A DNA stretch of 64,000 bases from Phycisphaerae bacterium (lineage in GTDB: Bacteria; Planctomycetota; Phycisphaerae; UBA1845). Every line of letters begins with the position of its first letter. The first letter of the stretch is position 1. Position numbers and translations under genes: made by a program. Of the stretch, positions 1 to 8,160 are shown piece after piece. Under the pieces are notes generated by a model. That model was given only the letters and a program-made list of their open reading frames with translations. It made no database searches and was not told the origin of the DNA. Location: NCBI GenBank assembly GCA_046753625.1, contig JBHHUB010000001.1, positions 4,377 to 68,376 of the forward strand, in the 5' to 3' direction.

Positions 1-1048
1 GATGGCGGAACCAGCCGAACACGAGAAAGGCCAGGGTCACGACGGCGAGTTGCCCCAATTCGACGCCGATATTGAAGCCGACCAATGCGGAAGCGAACCG
101 CCCTTGCGGCATGCCGAGCTCGCGGAGTACGCCGGCGAAGCCCATGCCGTGAAGCAGTCCGAACAGAAAGACGACCGCCGGACGCCAAGCGGTCAGGTCG
201 CGCACGAACAGGTTTTCGACAGCGACGTACAGGATGGAGAGCGCGATAAGTGGCTCGACGATGTGCGACGGAAGCGACACCAAGCCGGCCATCGACAAGC
301 CCAAGGTAACCGAGTGGGCTACGGTGAACGCGCTGATCTGCAACAACAATGGTCGAAGCTGAACCGTCAGCAAGAAAAGCCCAAGAACGAACAAAACGTG
401 GTCAAGCCCCTTGGGCAAGATATGCTCGAAGCCCAAGGCCACGTACCGGCCGATGACGAGGCTGCCTTCTTCGGTCTTGGATTCGTGCAGATGGTATGGT
501 GGGCTGTCCTCCCCAGCTCCCAGGAGGTATTGGGCGCCTGTGGTCGCGGCCTCATCCAAAACGGTCAATTTGATCGCACCGAACGCGCGGGATGCGCCGA
601 ACGTAAACGTCGCTGCGCTGTCCGGGTATGGACCCAGCAAGCGGGCCGTGGAGCCAAACGCTGAGGTCGACACATCAGCAGCTGTGGCAGGATGTTCGTA
701 TTCGGGGAAGGTCACCTCCGGCGTTGCCTCTTGACCGTCGAAACGAATGCGAACGCGCCGCAAGATGGTATGGCGCGCCTGCTGGAGCGCGCGCTTCAGT
801 TCCTCCGGCGACAAGACCCGAAGCGCGTCCGCAAGCGCGGCGGAAGGATGTGCGGAGGACATGCCCAGAGCCAACGCATCCACAATGATGCGCATGTCGA
901 TTTCGTACGTGCCGTCCGCCTTCACGACGGCCACGACCTGCGTGATCGAAAAATCGTGTGCGCGGGCCGCGTCTGCCTGGATCATGGCCAGCGTGACCCC
1001 GACAAGAAACGCTGCGGATGCGAGTCTTTGCGTCCCTGAAGGCGTCAT
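1..1048 (-). CDS. HupE/UreJ-family (Ni/Co-type) transporter-like membrane protein with long N-terminal periplasmic domain; 3' end cut by window edge
   Basis: Absent from the ORF track because it runs off the left edge. My minus-strand translation from ATG 1048 starts MTPSGTQRLASAAFLVGVTLAMIQADAARAHDF (signal peptide). It continues ...GRYVALGFEHILPKGLDHVLFVLGLFLL..FTVAHSVTLGL..LFGLLHGMGFAGVL..GFNIGVELGQL. The GxxHIxxGxDHxLF and His-rich TM motifs are the HupE/UreJ signature. Track ORF 2..664(+) is its antisense shadow. Confidence 0.75.
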   Translation of the reverse strand, partial: MTPSGTQRLASAAFLVGVTLAMIQADAARAHDFSITQVVAVVKADGTYEIDMRIIVDALALGMSSAHPSAALADALRVLSPEELKRALQQARHTILRRVRIRFDGQEATPEVTFPEYEHPATAADVSTSAFGSTARLLGPYPDSAATFTFGASRAFGAIKLTVLDEAATTGAQYLLGAGEDSPPYHLHESKTEEGSLVIGRYVALGFEHILPKGLDHVLFVLGLFLLTVQLRPLLLQISAFTVAHSVTLGLSMAGLVSLPSHIVEPLIALSILYVAVENLFVRDLTAWRPAVVFLFGLLHGMGFAGVLRELGMPQGRFASALVGFNIGVELGQLAVVTLAFLVFGWFRH

Positions 1049-1140
1049 GAAATCTTGCCGGATTACTCACGATTGATAGCACGTTTCCGGGGTGATCATG
1101 CCAAAGAAGGCGTGTACGCTGCCCCACCCGCAACGGCGCG

Positions 1141-1169
1141 ATTCTAGCTGCTTTTGCCCAAGCACTCAA
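1141..1169 (-). promoter_or_regulatory. candidate sigma70-type promoter for the hupE-like gene
   Basis: Minus strand reads TTGAGT-N17-TAGAAT (-35 at 1169..1164, -10 at 1146..1141). This predicts a ~85-nt 5' UTR before ATG 1048. Confidence 0.35.
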
Positions 1170-1543
1170 TGGCAACGGCGAGATCAGGGAGGCAAGAGGG
1201 TGGATGACACCATCGGCGGCTGTGACGGCGCGCTGATGGCGTGCTCCAAGAGGCTGCGAACAAGACAGCGTTCCATCCGCCGGAAACGGCCCACGCCGGG
1301 ACGCGCTGCGCTGCCGCGACGCAAGGTCTTGGGACGCCGAGTGCGATTCCGTCAGCTCGAACGCCCCCACTTCGCAAACGCCTATTCTCTCGCGGTGGGC
1401 GGCGCAATGACTCCCGCCTTGGGTTCACCGCCGGTCGGAACTCACCCGCAGCGTCATGCGCCCGCACCGGCGTTGGTTGATGTTTTCAACACGATATGGG
1501 TGTTGTCTGACGGCCTGGGTATTGCTACGGTGGACCAGGGGAT

Positions 1544-2647
1544 GTGGAGGTTTTTGAGATCAAGAGCGAGCGGCTCAAGCCGGCAGGGGAGGCGTCCGCG
1601 GTCCATCGGCAAGACGCCCAACACCGCGTGCGGAGGAAATGGTGGCCCCGCGCGGTGGTGCGCCTGGGCAACCTGCATCGGCGTATGCTCGGTGTGTTCT
1701 TCGTGCTGATCGGCCCGAAGTACGCATACCGCCTTACCGGAGCCGCGGCTCGCTGGATCTATCGACTGCTGGATCCGCTACGCCTGCGCAGTGAAGCCCA
1801 ATGCCGTGCCGCGCTGAAGGACCAGGTGGCCGAGGAGGCCGTGCCGCGCATTGCGGAGCAATCCTTTGTGAATCGCGCGCGCAATCTGACGGACTTGATG
1901 TTGGCATCGCGATGGCTGCGCGCCGATACCTATCAGCGATTCGGTGGCCGAATTGAGCAGCCCTGGCTCAACCAACTGCTCGATGCGCAACACGACCGCA
2001 AGCCGGTCATCCTTTTGACCGCCTACTACGGTGCATTCGATTTGTTGCCCGTCTTCTTGGGCTACAACGGCATCCGCGCGACCGCGATTTACCTGCCTCA
2101 CGGCAATCCGGGCTTCGACGCCTACCGGCGGCGCATCCGCAGCCAGAGCGGCTGCGAACTGGTGCCGGTGAATCGCGCCGGATCGCGTATCGGGGACGTG
2201 TTGGAGCAGGGTGGGACCGTGGCGCTTGTGGCCGATCATCACGTCGCGTCGCGTGGGATGCCCGTGACGTTTCTGGGAATCAAGACCCGAGCGTTGCGTT
2301 CGGTTGGCTTGCTCGCGTGGCGGTACCACGCGGACGTGGTTGTGGCCGGGATTCGGCGGGTAGGGGAGGCCTTTCGCTTCGATCTGATCGTTGCGGACAC
2401 GGTTCGATACGAAGAACTGGCTGCGCAGGAGGATCCCGTCGCGTTCGTTACCGACCGGTATCTGCGCGCGTTGGAGCGCCTGATCATCGAAGACCCCACG
2501 CAGTACCTCTGGGGTTACGCCCGTTGGGGCGAGGATCACGCGCGCGAAGTCGTGGCGGGGCACGTCACTCGATCGCGCGGCGACATGCGCCCGGCGTCAG
2601 CTTCCGTTGGCGGAGTCGGCGATGGCCAGACCGAGGTCAAGGGATGA
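1544..2647 (+). CDS. lipid A biosynthesis (Kdo)2-lipid IVA-type acyltransferase family protein (LpxL/HtrB/MsbB-like LPLAT)
   Basis: Track ORF of 367 aa with the typical family layout. It has an N-terminal hydrophobic segment (LGVFFVLIGPKYAYRL) and then ..PVILLTAYYGAFDLLPVFLGYNG..AIYLPHGNPGFDAYRRRIR..VALVADHH... The GTG start at 1544 is uncertain and the last ~40 aa are not family-like. Confidence 0.7.
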   Translation: MEVFEIKSERLKPAGEASAVHRQDAQHRVRRKWWPRAVVRLGNLHRRMLGVFFVLIGPKYAYRLTGAAARWIYRLLDPLRLRSEAQCRAALKDQVAEEAVPRIAEQSFVNRARNLTDLMLASRWLRADTYQRFGGRIEQPWLNQLLDAQHDRKPVILLTAYYGAFDLLPVFLGYNGIRATAIYLPHGNPGFDAYRRRIRSQSGCELVPVNRAGSRIGDVLEQGGTVALVADHHVASRGMPVTFLGIKTRALRSVGLLAWRYHADVVVAGIRRVGEAFRFDLIVADTVRYEELAAQEDPVAFVTDRYLRALERLIIEDPTQYLWGYARWGEDHAREVVAGHVTRSRGDMRPASASVGGVGDGQTEVKG

Positions 2648-2752
2648 GCCGAAAATGTCGGTGGCGCCCGCCAACGCTTTTTCAGAAAGCGGGAAGCCCA
2701 CCAGGAATGCTACAAGACCGGCAGCCAGCAAACGCATGCGACCAAAACGCAT
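2597..2752 (-). CDS. candidate 51-aa secreted peptide (below track size cutoff)
   Basis: GGAGGAG lies 7 nt upstream of the ATG at 2752. Translation is MRFGRMRLLAAGLVAFLVGFPLSEKALA/GATDIFGSSLDLGLAIADSANGS-TGA, which looks like a signal peptide. It overlaps the 3' tail of the convergent LpxL-like ORF by ~50 nt. Confidence 0.25.
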   Translation of the reverse strand: MRFGRMRLLAAGLVAFLVGFPLSEKALAGATDIFGSSLDLGLAIADSANGS

Positions 2753-3233
2753 TGTGTTCTCCTCCTCGCGAGATTCGTCCTACCATCGAGCCTGAATCCT
2801 TGGGCCGGCCTGCGCTGCACGACCGGCCACATCGACTAAATCGACCAAACCGGGCACGGTTTTCCACTCGAAATTGACGGTGGCCTTGCTTCGCCGTCCC
2901 GGCAGCGGCACCACATCATGATACCGGCGTCCGCCATCATCGGTTTCATGCTGCCCCAACCCATTGAAACGGGTTGATGATCCAAGGCGGGAGGATGGCC
3001 TGCGTCCGGGCCTGACGTCGCTGTCCGGGGGCAAGGCCTCGAAGCGGTCTGCAAAGGCGGCCTGAGGAATATGGCCAAGGCGGTTTCCGGAGATGAATCC
3101 CTGAGAACACGTCACGCGGTATGACCCACAAGGCCGGCGCCGGGAGTCCTGCGCGCCCGAATGTCCGCAGGGAGCGCAGGTATTGCCCCAACGGGCCCCA
3201 TGGACAGCCGCGCCGTTTGAGGTAAACTAAAGC

Positions 3234-5225
3234 TTGCGGCGCGGTCTCGCTCCTGGTTTTCGGCGGTCGGACGCGGCGCGAGGGCCGACATGCTCGCTAC
3301 GCCATGCCGAGGGGCACGCGGGCCGAAGCAGATCGCGGCTGCGCAAATTGCGGCCGAAGCCGGGGTTGGTTCTTGCGGTCGCCAGGGAGAGTGCACACGT
3401 GGAACTGGCCAAACGTCCAAGCGGCGATGAGTATACACCGGCCGGCGCCTACCCGGCGTTGCGGCGGCGCGTTCGGGCCGCTGCCGCAGGGTTAAGCATT
3501 CCCACGGTGATCGCGTACGCCTTCGACCGGCGCACGCGCATCCTGCCCTACTTCTACAGCAGCCATCACATGGCGCCCGCGGGCGCGCGTGCCATAGGAT
3601 CGGCGTTGTACGATTCGGGATTCTCGGATATCCGAATTGTCTTGCAGCAATGGACGCCGAACTTTCGTCCGAGCCGGGCCTATGTCGGCGGCAAGCCCAT
3701 CGAGATGCTGCTGGTTTCGAGTATGCAGATTCACGCGGAATGTGCGTATGATTTGGTGGCGGATGCCTGCACTGTCCCGGTGGCATCACGCCCGCTGATT
3801 CTGGCCGGCGGACCTAAGGCGATCTACGAACCGTGGGATATGTTTGGTATCCGCGGCGACGCCCATGTCCAGGCCGACGTCGCGATCACGGGCGAGGAGT
3901 TTGTCTGTATCCAGCTCATGGAAGTATTGCTTTCCTACCGGGGCGCGCATTCGACCATGCGCGACGCTCTTGTGCGGGCCCGTAGGGATCAGGCGTTGAC
4001 GGCGATTCCCGGATTGGTGTACCGACAGGACGACGACATATACGCCCCGCTGGTCACCACGGGCGTTCAGCGGTTGGTTCAAGACCTGGATGAGATGCCG
4101 CATCCGGTGATCGGTTACCGTTTGCTGGAACGTCCCCATCGCAAGCGAGTCCTCTTTGCTGAGCCACTGGCCGTCGATCGAGTCCATCGGTACAGCACGA
4201 TCGGGTCGTTGACGATGACGCACGGATGCAAATTCAACTGCGACTATTGCCCGATTCCGGCATACAACCAAAGAACCTACCGCCACAAGAGCGGCGAGCG
4301 GATCGTGGACGAAATGCGCCAATTGCGGGAGCAAATCGGGATCCGGTATTTCTTCGGCACCGACGATAATTTTCTCAACGACCGGTCATCGGTCGAAGAG
4401 ATATTCGAGCAGATGGCGTCGGCGACCATCGGCGGCCGGCCCCTTCGCAAGATGGTGCGGTGGGGCACCGAGGCAACCGAATTCGACACGTGGAAGAATC
4501 GAGACCTGCTGCCGATCGCGCGGCGCTCCGGCCTTCGGGCGCTCTGGTTGGGGATTGAGGATTTGACGGCGACGCTCATCAAGAAAGGGCAGTCGGTCAG
4601 CAAGACGGGCGAGCTGTTCGCCCTGCTCAATAAGACCGGGATCAGCCCGATGCCCATGATGATGCACCACGACGGGCAGCCGTTGTACACGCGGGAAGGG
4701 TTGTACGGCCTGCTGAACCAAGTGCGGTTCCTGCGCAAAGCCGGAGCACAAAGCATGCAGGTCACGGTCCTCACGCCGGCCGTCGGTACGCGATCGTATG
4801 AGCCGACATTTGAAAAGGGGCTCGTCGTTGACACCGTCGCGGGACGGCCCGTGCTGCAGCACCAGTTCGATGGCAATCACGTAGTCGCCACCGACTCCAC
4901 TACGCCTTGGCGGGTACAGCTCAATGTGTTGTTGGCGTACGCCTGTTTTTACAATCCGCTCAATTTCCTGGCCTCGATGATTCGCCCTGCCAACCGGCTT
5001 TACCTGCTCAAGCTGGGCGATCAGCTCGTCGGAATGTCCGGCCTCATCAGCACCGCGATCAGTTCGGCCCGGTGGTCCTATCGGCTGCGGCGCGGCCCCA
5101 TCACCCGCCAGCTTATCCCGCCCGGCCCGAAGACGCCGTTGATCGATGTATCCGTTCCGTCAAAAAGTGCCAAATGTAAGTCACTCAATGTTGTGGCCAA
5201 GGCCGGCTCGCCGAACTTCGTGTGA
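3234..5225 (+). CDS. B12-binding-domain radical SAM protein
   Basis: Track ORF of 663 aa. The Cx3Cx2C cluster is present (TMTHGCKFNCDYCPIPAY). An N-terminal cobalamin-binding-like Rossmann segment is present (ILPYFYSSHHMAPAGARAIGSALYDSGF...LILAGGPKAIYEPWDMF). A hydrophobic C-terminal tail follows. The true start is probably downstream of 3234. Confidence 0.85.
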   Translation: MRRGLAPGFRRSDAARGPTCSLRHAEGHAGRSRSRLRKLRPKPGLVLAVARESAHVELAKRPSGDEYTPAGAYPALRRRVRAAAAGLSIPTVIAYAFDRRTRILPYFYSSHHMAPAGARAIGSALYDSGFSDIRIVLQQWTPNFRPSRAYVGGKPIEMLLVSSMQIHAECAYDLVADACTVPVASRPLILAGGPKAIYEPWDMFGIRGDAHVQADVAITGEEFVCIQLMEVLLSYRGAHSTMRDALVRARRDQALTAIPGLVYRQDDDIYAPLVTTGVQRLVQDLDEMPHPVIGYRLLERPHRKRVLFAEPLAVDRVHRYSTIGSLTMTHGCKFNCDYCPIPAYNQRTYRHKSGERIVDEMRQLREQIGIRYFFGTDDNFLNDRSSVEEIFEQMASATIGGRPLRKMVRWGTEATEFDTWKNRDLLPIARRSGLRALWLGIEDLTATLIKKGQSVSKTGELFALLNKTGISPMPMMMHHDGQPLYTREGLYGLLNQVRFLRKAGAQSMQVTVLTPAVGTRSYEPTFEKGLVVDTVAGRPVLQHQFDGNHVVATDSTTPWRVQLNVLLAYACFYNPLNFLASMIRPANRLYLLKLGDQLVGMSGLISTAISSARWSYRLRRGPITRQLIPPGPKTPLIDVSVPSKSAKCKSLNVVAKAGSPNFV

Positions 5226-5306
5226 GACGCTCCGGCCGATCGCGGCCGTTATCGTGTTGCCGGGGGCGCGAGCAGGGCGCGCTGCCGCGTGCACGCGAGC
5301 GGCGCG

Positions 5307-5963
5307 TTAGCGCTGGGCGAGTTGCTCGACCATCCTCAAGCCGCGTTGCTCGGTGAACGTGCCGATGCGTCGCCGTGAGGCGATATCGTATATGAGCAGC
5401 ATGTTCTTGGAGTGATCGTCGACCACGCAGAACGTGAACACCAGGTCTACGACTTTCCGCATGGATGTCAGGTCCAGCGCCGCAAAACCATCTTTCACCC
5501 ACAAGATCGCGGCGCTGGATCGGGCGTCGACGGCCGAAATGATGTCGTGCTCGCGGAGCCGGTCGATGGCCTTGGCTCGTGCCGACTGATCGGCTTGAAC
5601 GTCGCCGTGCCGGATCGATCCAGCAAGCGGTTGGGATGCGCCGGCCGCCATTCGAGAAGAACACGCCAAACAGGGGTAGCCGAGCGTCCGACGAAAGGGT
5701 CGAGTTCTGAGCAGGGGGCAGTCGGCGCCACCGGAATCCGAAGAGGCGACACGCCTGGGTGAATCGGGCACCTTTGGGTCGGTGCGTTCGAGAACGGATC
5801 CCGTGCCGGTGGGCCGATCCACGCCTCGATCCATGGTCGGCGGATCGGGGGCCACTCGTTGCGAAGCCGCATCCGACGGGTCGCTGCCGGGCGACCATGC
5901 GGAGAACCCCATCGTGGCGATGGCCGCTACCAACAAGAGCGGTACTGCTACTGTGGCTTTCAT
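5307..5963 (-). CDS. hypothetical secreted protein
   Basis: Internal ATG at 5963 is preceded by GGAGAAGGGA and gives the signal peptide MKATVAVPLLLVAAIATMGFSAW. The C-terminal ~90 aa look globular (ILWVKDGFAALDLTSMRKVVDLVFTFCVVDDHSKNMLLIYD). The track ORF extends to 6110. Confidence 0.55.
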   Translation of the reverse strand: MKATVAVPLLLVAAIATMGFSAWSPGSDPSDAASQRVAPDPPTMDRGVDRPTGTGSVLERTDPKVPDSPRRVASSDSGGADCPLLRTRPFRRTLGYPCLACSSRMAAGASQPLAGSIRHGDVQADQSARAKAIDRLREHDIISAVDARSSAAILWVKDGFAALDLTSMRKVVDLVFTFCVVDDHSKNMLLIYDIASRRRIGTFTEQRGLRMVEQLAQR

Positions 5964-6335
5964 GGCATCCCTTCTCCCAAGGGCGGGCAGTTGGGACCGG
6001 AGATGATCTTCGTCCCATAAGAAGCGATCGATTGGAACTGCCGCGACCACATCAATTCCATCTCCCTTGTAGTACCACAAGAAGCGCACAGGCGAAAGTG
6101 GAAAATCCAAAGTGACGGCTTGGCTTTTCGGACGTTGCCGCAGTGGTGGCGTAAGTGGTTTATTGGCAGTAGGTTACGGGATCACCGACCGTGGCGCGGA
6201 TGCCTGCCCGCTCCGTCGTGGCAGATTTTTACAAGGTTTTTCCATGATCTTTGTCAACTCGAGCCACGGTTTGCGTATTACCTTGTGAAACGCTTCCAAT
6301 AACCTCCGGAACGGATCAAACCGCTCTCTGCAGGG

Positions 6336-6380
6336 GGGAGCCTTGGCTGCCACGCAGCAAGGCTCCCTTCCGCTTTTTTA
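6336..6380 (+). terminator. intrinsic terminator-like hairpin with no upstream plus-strand gene
   Basis: GGGAGCCTTGGCTG-ccacg-CAGCAAGGCTCCC (13 bp, one bulge) is followed by TTCCGCTTTTTTA. The T-run exists only on the plus strand. Confidence 0.5.
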
Positions 6381-6411
6381 CCCAGCGCGGCCGGCTGCCA
6401 GGACGCTCGTG

Positions 6412-6510
6412 CTTTGACACACCTAAACTTTCGGGTTCGTTACGAGTCAGAGCCGCGGGCGCCAGCCCTCGGACTGGTCCCACCGCTGGCGCGGTGGGCT
6501 CTGATTCGCG
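6412..6510 (+). repeat. ~100-nt structured repeat, copy A (sense orientation)
   Basis: The sequence is TTGACACACCTAAACTTTCGGGTTCGTTACGAGTCAGAGCCGCGGGCGCCAGCCCTCGGACTGGTCCCACCGCTGGCGCGGTGGGCTCTGATTCGCG. It is near-identical to the reverse complement of 7983..8082 and similar to the reverse complement of 55130..55229. Confidence 0.85.
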
Positions 6511-6652
6511 CGCGCGATGAACTGCAGCACCGGCAACCAAACCATGTACCGGGTTCGTGTGCCGGATTCGTGTCCCTGGCGCGGTCATCCTCGCCGGGCA
6601 GTGACGGTTTCGCGGAGCGTGCCCGGACACCGCGGCACGGGCCTCGCAATCG

Positions 6653-7855
6653 CTAGCAGGAGCGGCGTGAGATTTCGAGAAAGAGGGCGAACTCGGCCTG
6701 GGACAACTCGACCCCACGGCGGGCCATTACTTTGCGCGCGACGTCCCGCAGTTTTTCCGCGTCGCCGGACTGGACACCTCGCTCGTCAAACCAACTCAAC
6801 GTCGGCACGGCCTTGGGCGCCACGCTGGTTGATACCACGTTGCCCGCAAAACCGATCACCGCACCGGTGGGGAGTGCCGCGTTGATGCCGATCTTGGCGT
6901 GATCGCCGATGATCGACCCCAGAAATTGAGCCCCTGTGTCAACATCACGTTTTCCCAGTCGAACGCGTATCGAACCGTAGGTATTCTTGAGGTCGGAGTT
7001 GGTCGAACCGGCTCCCAGATTTACCCAACTACCTACGTAGCTGTGCCCGAGAAACCCGTGGTGTGGCTTGTTGCTGTAGCCGTAGAACGTGCAGGCGTCG
7101 AGTTCGCCGCCGACCTTGCATACCGGTCCGATCGCACAACCGCCGTGCAACCAGGCATGCGGATGAACGTGCGAACCGGGACCGATGTAGGCTGGGCCTT
7201 CGATCACGGCGTAGGGGCCAACGGTGACGTCATGGCTGATGAAGACCGGACCGCCGTTCGTATCCAGGACGGCCGTCGGGTGGATGCGCGTGCGCACGCC
7301 AACGTGCAGCCGGTCGGATGCGCCGCTGACCTCCGGAATCGGTTCTTCGATCACGGCGTCCTCTGCCGTCCATTGCTCCGCGAATCGGTTCGAGGTGTTG
7401 AGTACCAGATCCCATGGGTACTCCAGCATGGTCCCACGCGCGTTATGGGTGGGCTGGCCGGAGATCGCTTGCCGCAACGCGGCGGCGTCCAGCATGGTCT
7501 CCGCCTTCAACGCGCCGGCCAGCGCGCGGTCACAGACGACAAAAGCCACGTCACCACCCAGCGTGCCTATTGCCGGTGCTTCGGGAAATGTGGTCTTGTC
7601 GGGGCACAGCCAGCGCCCGTTTACGAGCACATCGCCGGTGGTCGGAGTGTGATTCACCGGGGCACCGCACCGCTCGGCGGCGACGGACGCCATCCAGTCC
7701 CGCGTCCAGATTCCGGCCACGCTGCGCCCGGTGCATTGGGCGGCTCGATCCATCAGGAGCTTGCGGCCGAGGCGCAGTTCAAACAGGGTGCGCCAGCAGG
7801 TCAGCGGCTCGAGTTTGGACGTGCCGTGGTCCTCGAAGAGTAGGATGCTGTCCAT
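6653..7855 (-). CDS. GlmU-like sugar nucleotidyltransferase / left-handed beta-helix acyltransferase family protein
   Basis: Track ORF of 400 aa. The N-terminal half is nucleotidyltransferase-like. The C-terminal half carries hexapeptide repeats (IGPGSHVHPHAWLHGGCAIGPVCKVGGE...VGSWVNLGAGSTNSDLKN...IGDHAKIGINAALPTGAVIG). Confidence 0.75.
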   Translation of the reverse strand: MDSILLFEDHGTSKLEPLTCWRTLFELRLGRKLLMDRAAQCTGRSVAGIWTRDWMASVAAERCGAPVNHTPTTGDVLVNGRWLCPDKTTFPEAPAIGTLGGDVAFVVCDRALAGALKAETMLDAAALRQAISGQPTHNARGTMLEYPWDLVLNTSNRFAEQWTAEDAVIEEPIPEVSGASDRLHVGVRTRIHPTAVLDTNGGPVFISHDVTVGPYAVIEGPAYIGPGSHVHPHAWLHGGCAIGPVCKVGGELDACTFYGYSNKPHHGFLGHSYVGSWVNLGAGSTNSDLKNTYGSIRVRLGKRDVDTGAQFLGSIIGDHAKIGINAALPTGAVIGFAGNVVSTSVAPKAVPTLSWFDERGVQSGDAEKLRDVARKVMARRGVELSQAEFALFLEISRRSC

Positions 7856-7861
7856 GGGGAA

Positions 7862-7890
7862 ATTATATCGTGGATGACGCGTGCGCCCAA
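7862..7890 (-). promoter_or_regulatory. candidate promoter giving a leaderless glmU-like mRNA
   Basis: Minus strand reads TTGGGC-N17-TATAAT-TTCCCC-ATG. A perfect -10 hexamer lies only 6 nt upstream of the start codon, and there is no Shine-Dalgarno sequence. Confidence 0.4.
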
Positions 7891-7982
7891 GTCCGGCCGC
7901 CCCGTAGCTCAGCCGCCCAGGCTAGTGCTGCATCACACCCCAATCTATGGGTTGTCGCTGCCCGAGCCACCGGAATCGGGCC

Positions 7983-8082
7983 CGCGAATCAGAGCCCACC
8001 GCGCTAGCGGTGGGACCAGTCCGAGGGCAGCCGACCGCGGCTCTGACTCGTAACGAACCCGAAAGTTCAGGTGTGTCAAAGC
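7983..8082 (-). repeat. ~100-nt structured repeat, copy B
   Basis: The reverse complement matches copy A almost base for base. Differences are confined to the central hairpin and the loop of the CCCACCGC/GCGGTGGG hairpin (TGGC vs TAGC). Confidence 0.85.
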
Positions 8083-8120
8083 ACTCGCATGGTCACGCCG
8101 CCGAGGGCTGCTGTGCTCAT

Positions 8121-8160
8121 GGGCAAAAGACAAGGGCTTGCGCAGAAAGCACAAGCCCTT
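8121..8160 (-). terminator. Rho-independent terminator
   Basis: Minus strand reads AAGGGCTTG-tgctttctgcg-CAAGCCCTT followed by GTCTTTTGCCC. Confidence 0.6.

Noticed and set aside
2-664. 220-aa plus-strand ORF at the left edge, with others at 675..1370 and 1092..1709
   Set aside because: They are the antisense or off-frame shadows of the HupE/UreJ-like gene and its leader. The minus-strand frame carries clear transporter motifs.
1049-1543. Cobalamin or NiCo riboswitch upstream of the hupE-like gene
   Set aside because: No B12 box (GCCACUG-like) and no conserved NiCo four-way-junction core was recognisable by eye. This would need an Rfam scan.
2780-3115. 111-aa minus-strand ORF (..FISGNRLGHIPQAAFADRFEALPPDSDV..TVNFEWKTVPGLVDLVDV..) in the LpxL-rSAM spacer
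   Set aside because: Some stretches look protein-like, but GC3 (~63% by my count) is no higher than the background. There is no start context and no recognisable family. It may be a gene remnant, which I cannot support.
6412-6510. The 100-nt repeat as a hammerhead, twister or other self-cleaving ribozyme, or as a promoter because it contains TTGACA
   Set aside because: The CUGA-containing segments read CUGAUUCG/CUGACUCG, not the CUGAUGA hammerhead core. Twister-type conserved nucleotides are absent. No acceptable -10 hexamer follows the TTGACA at 16-18 nt.
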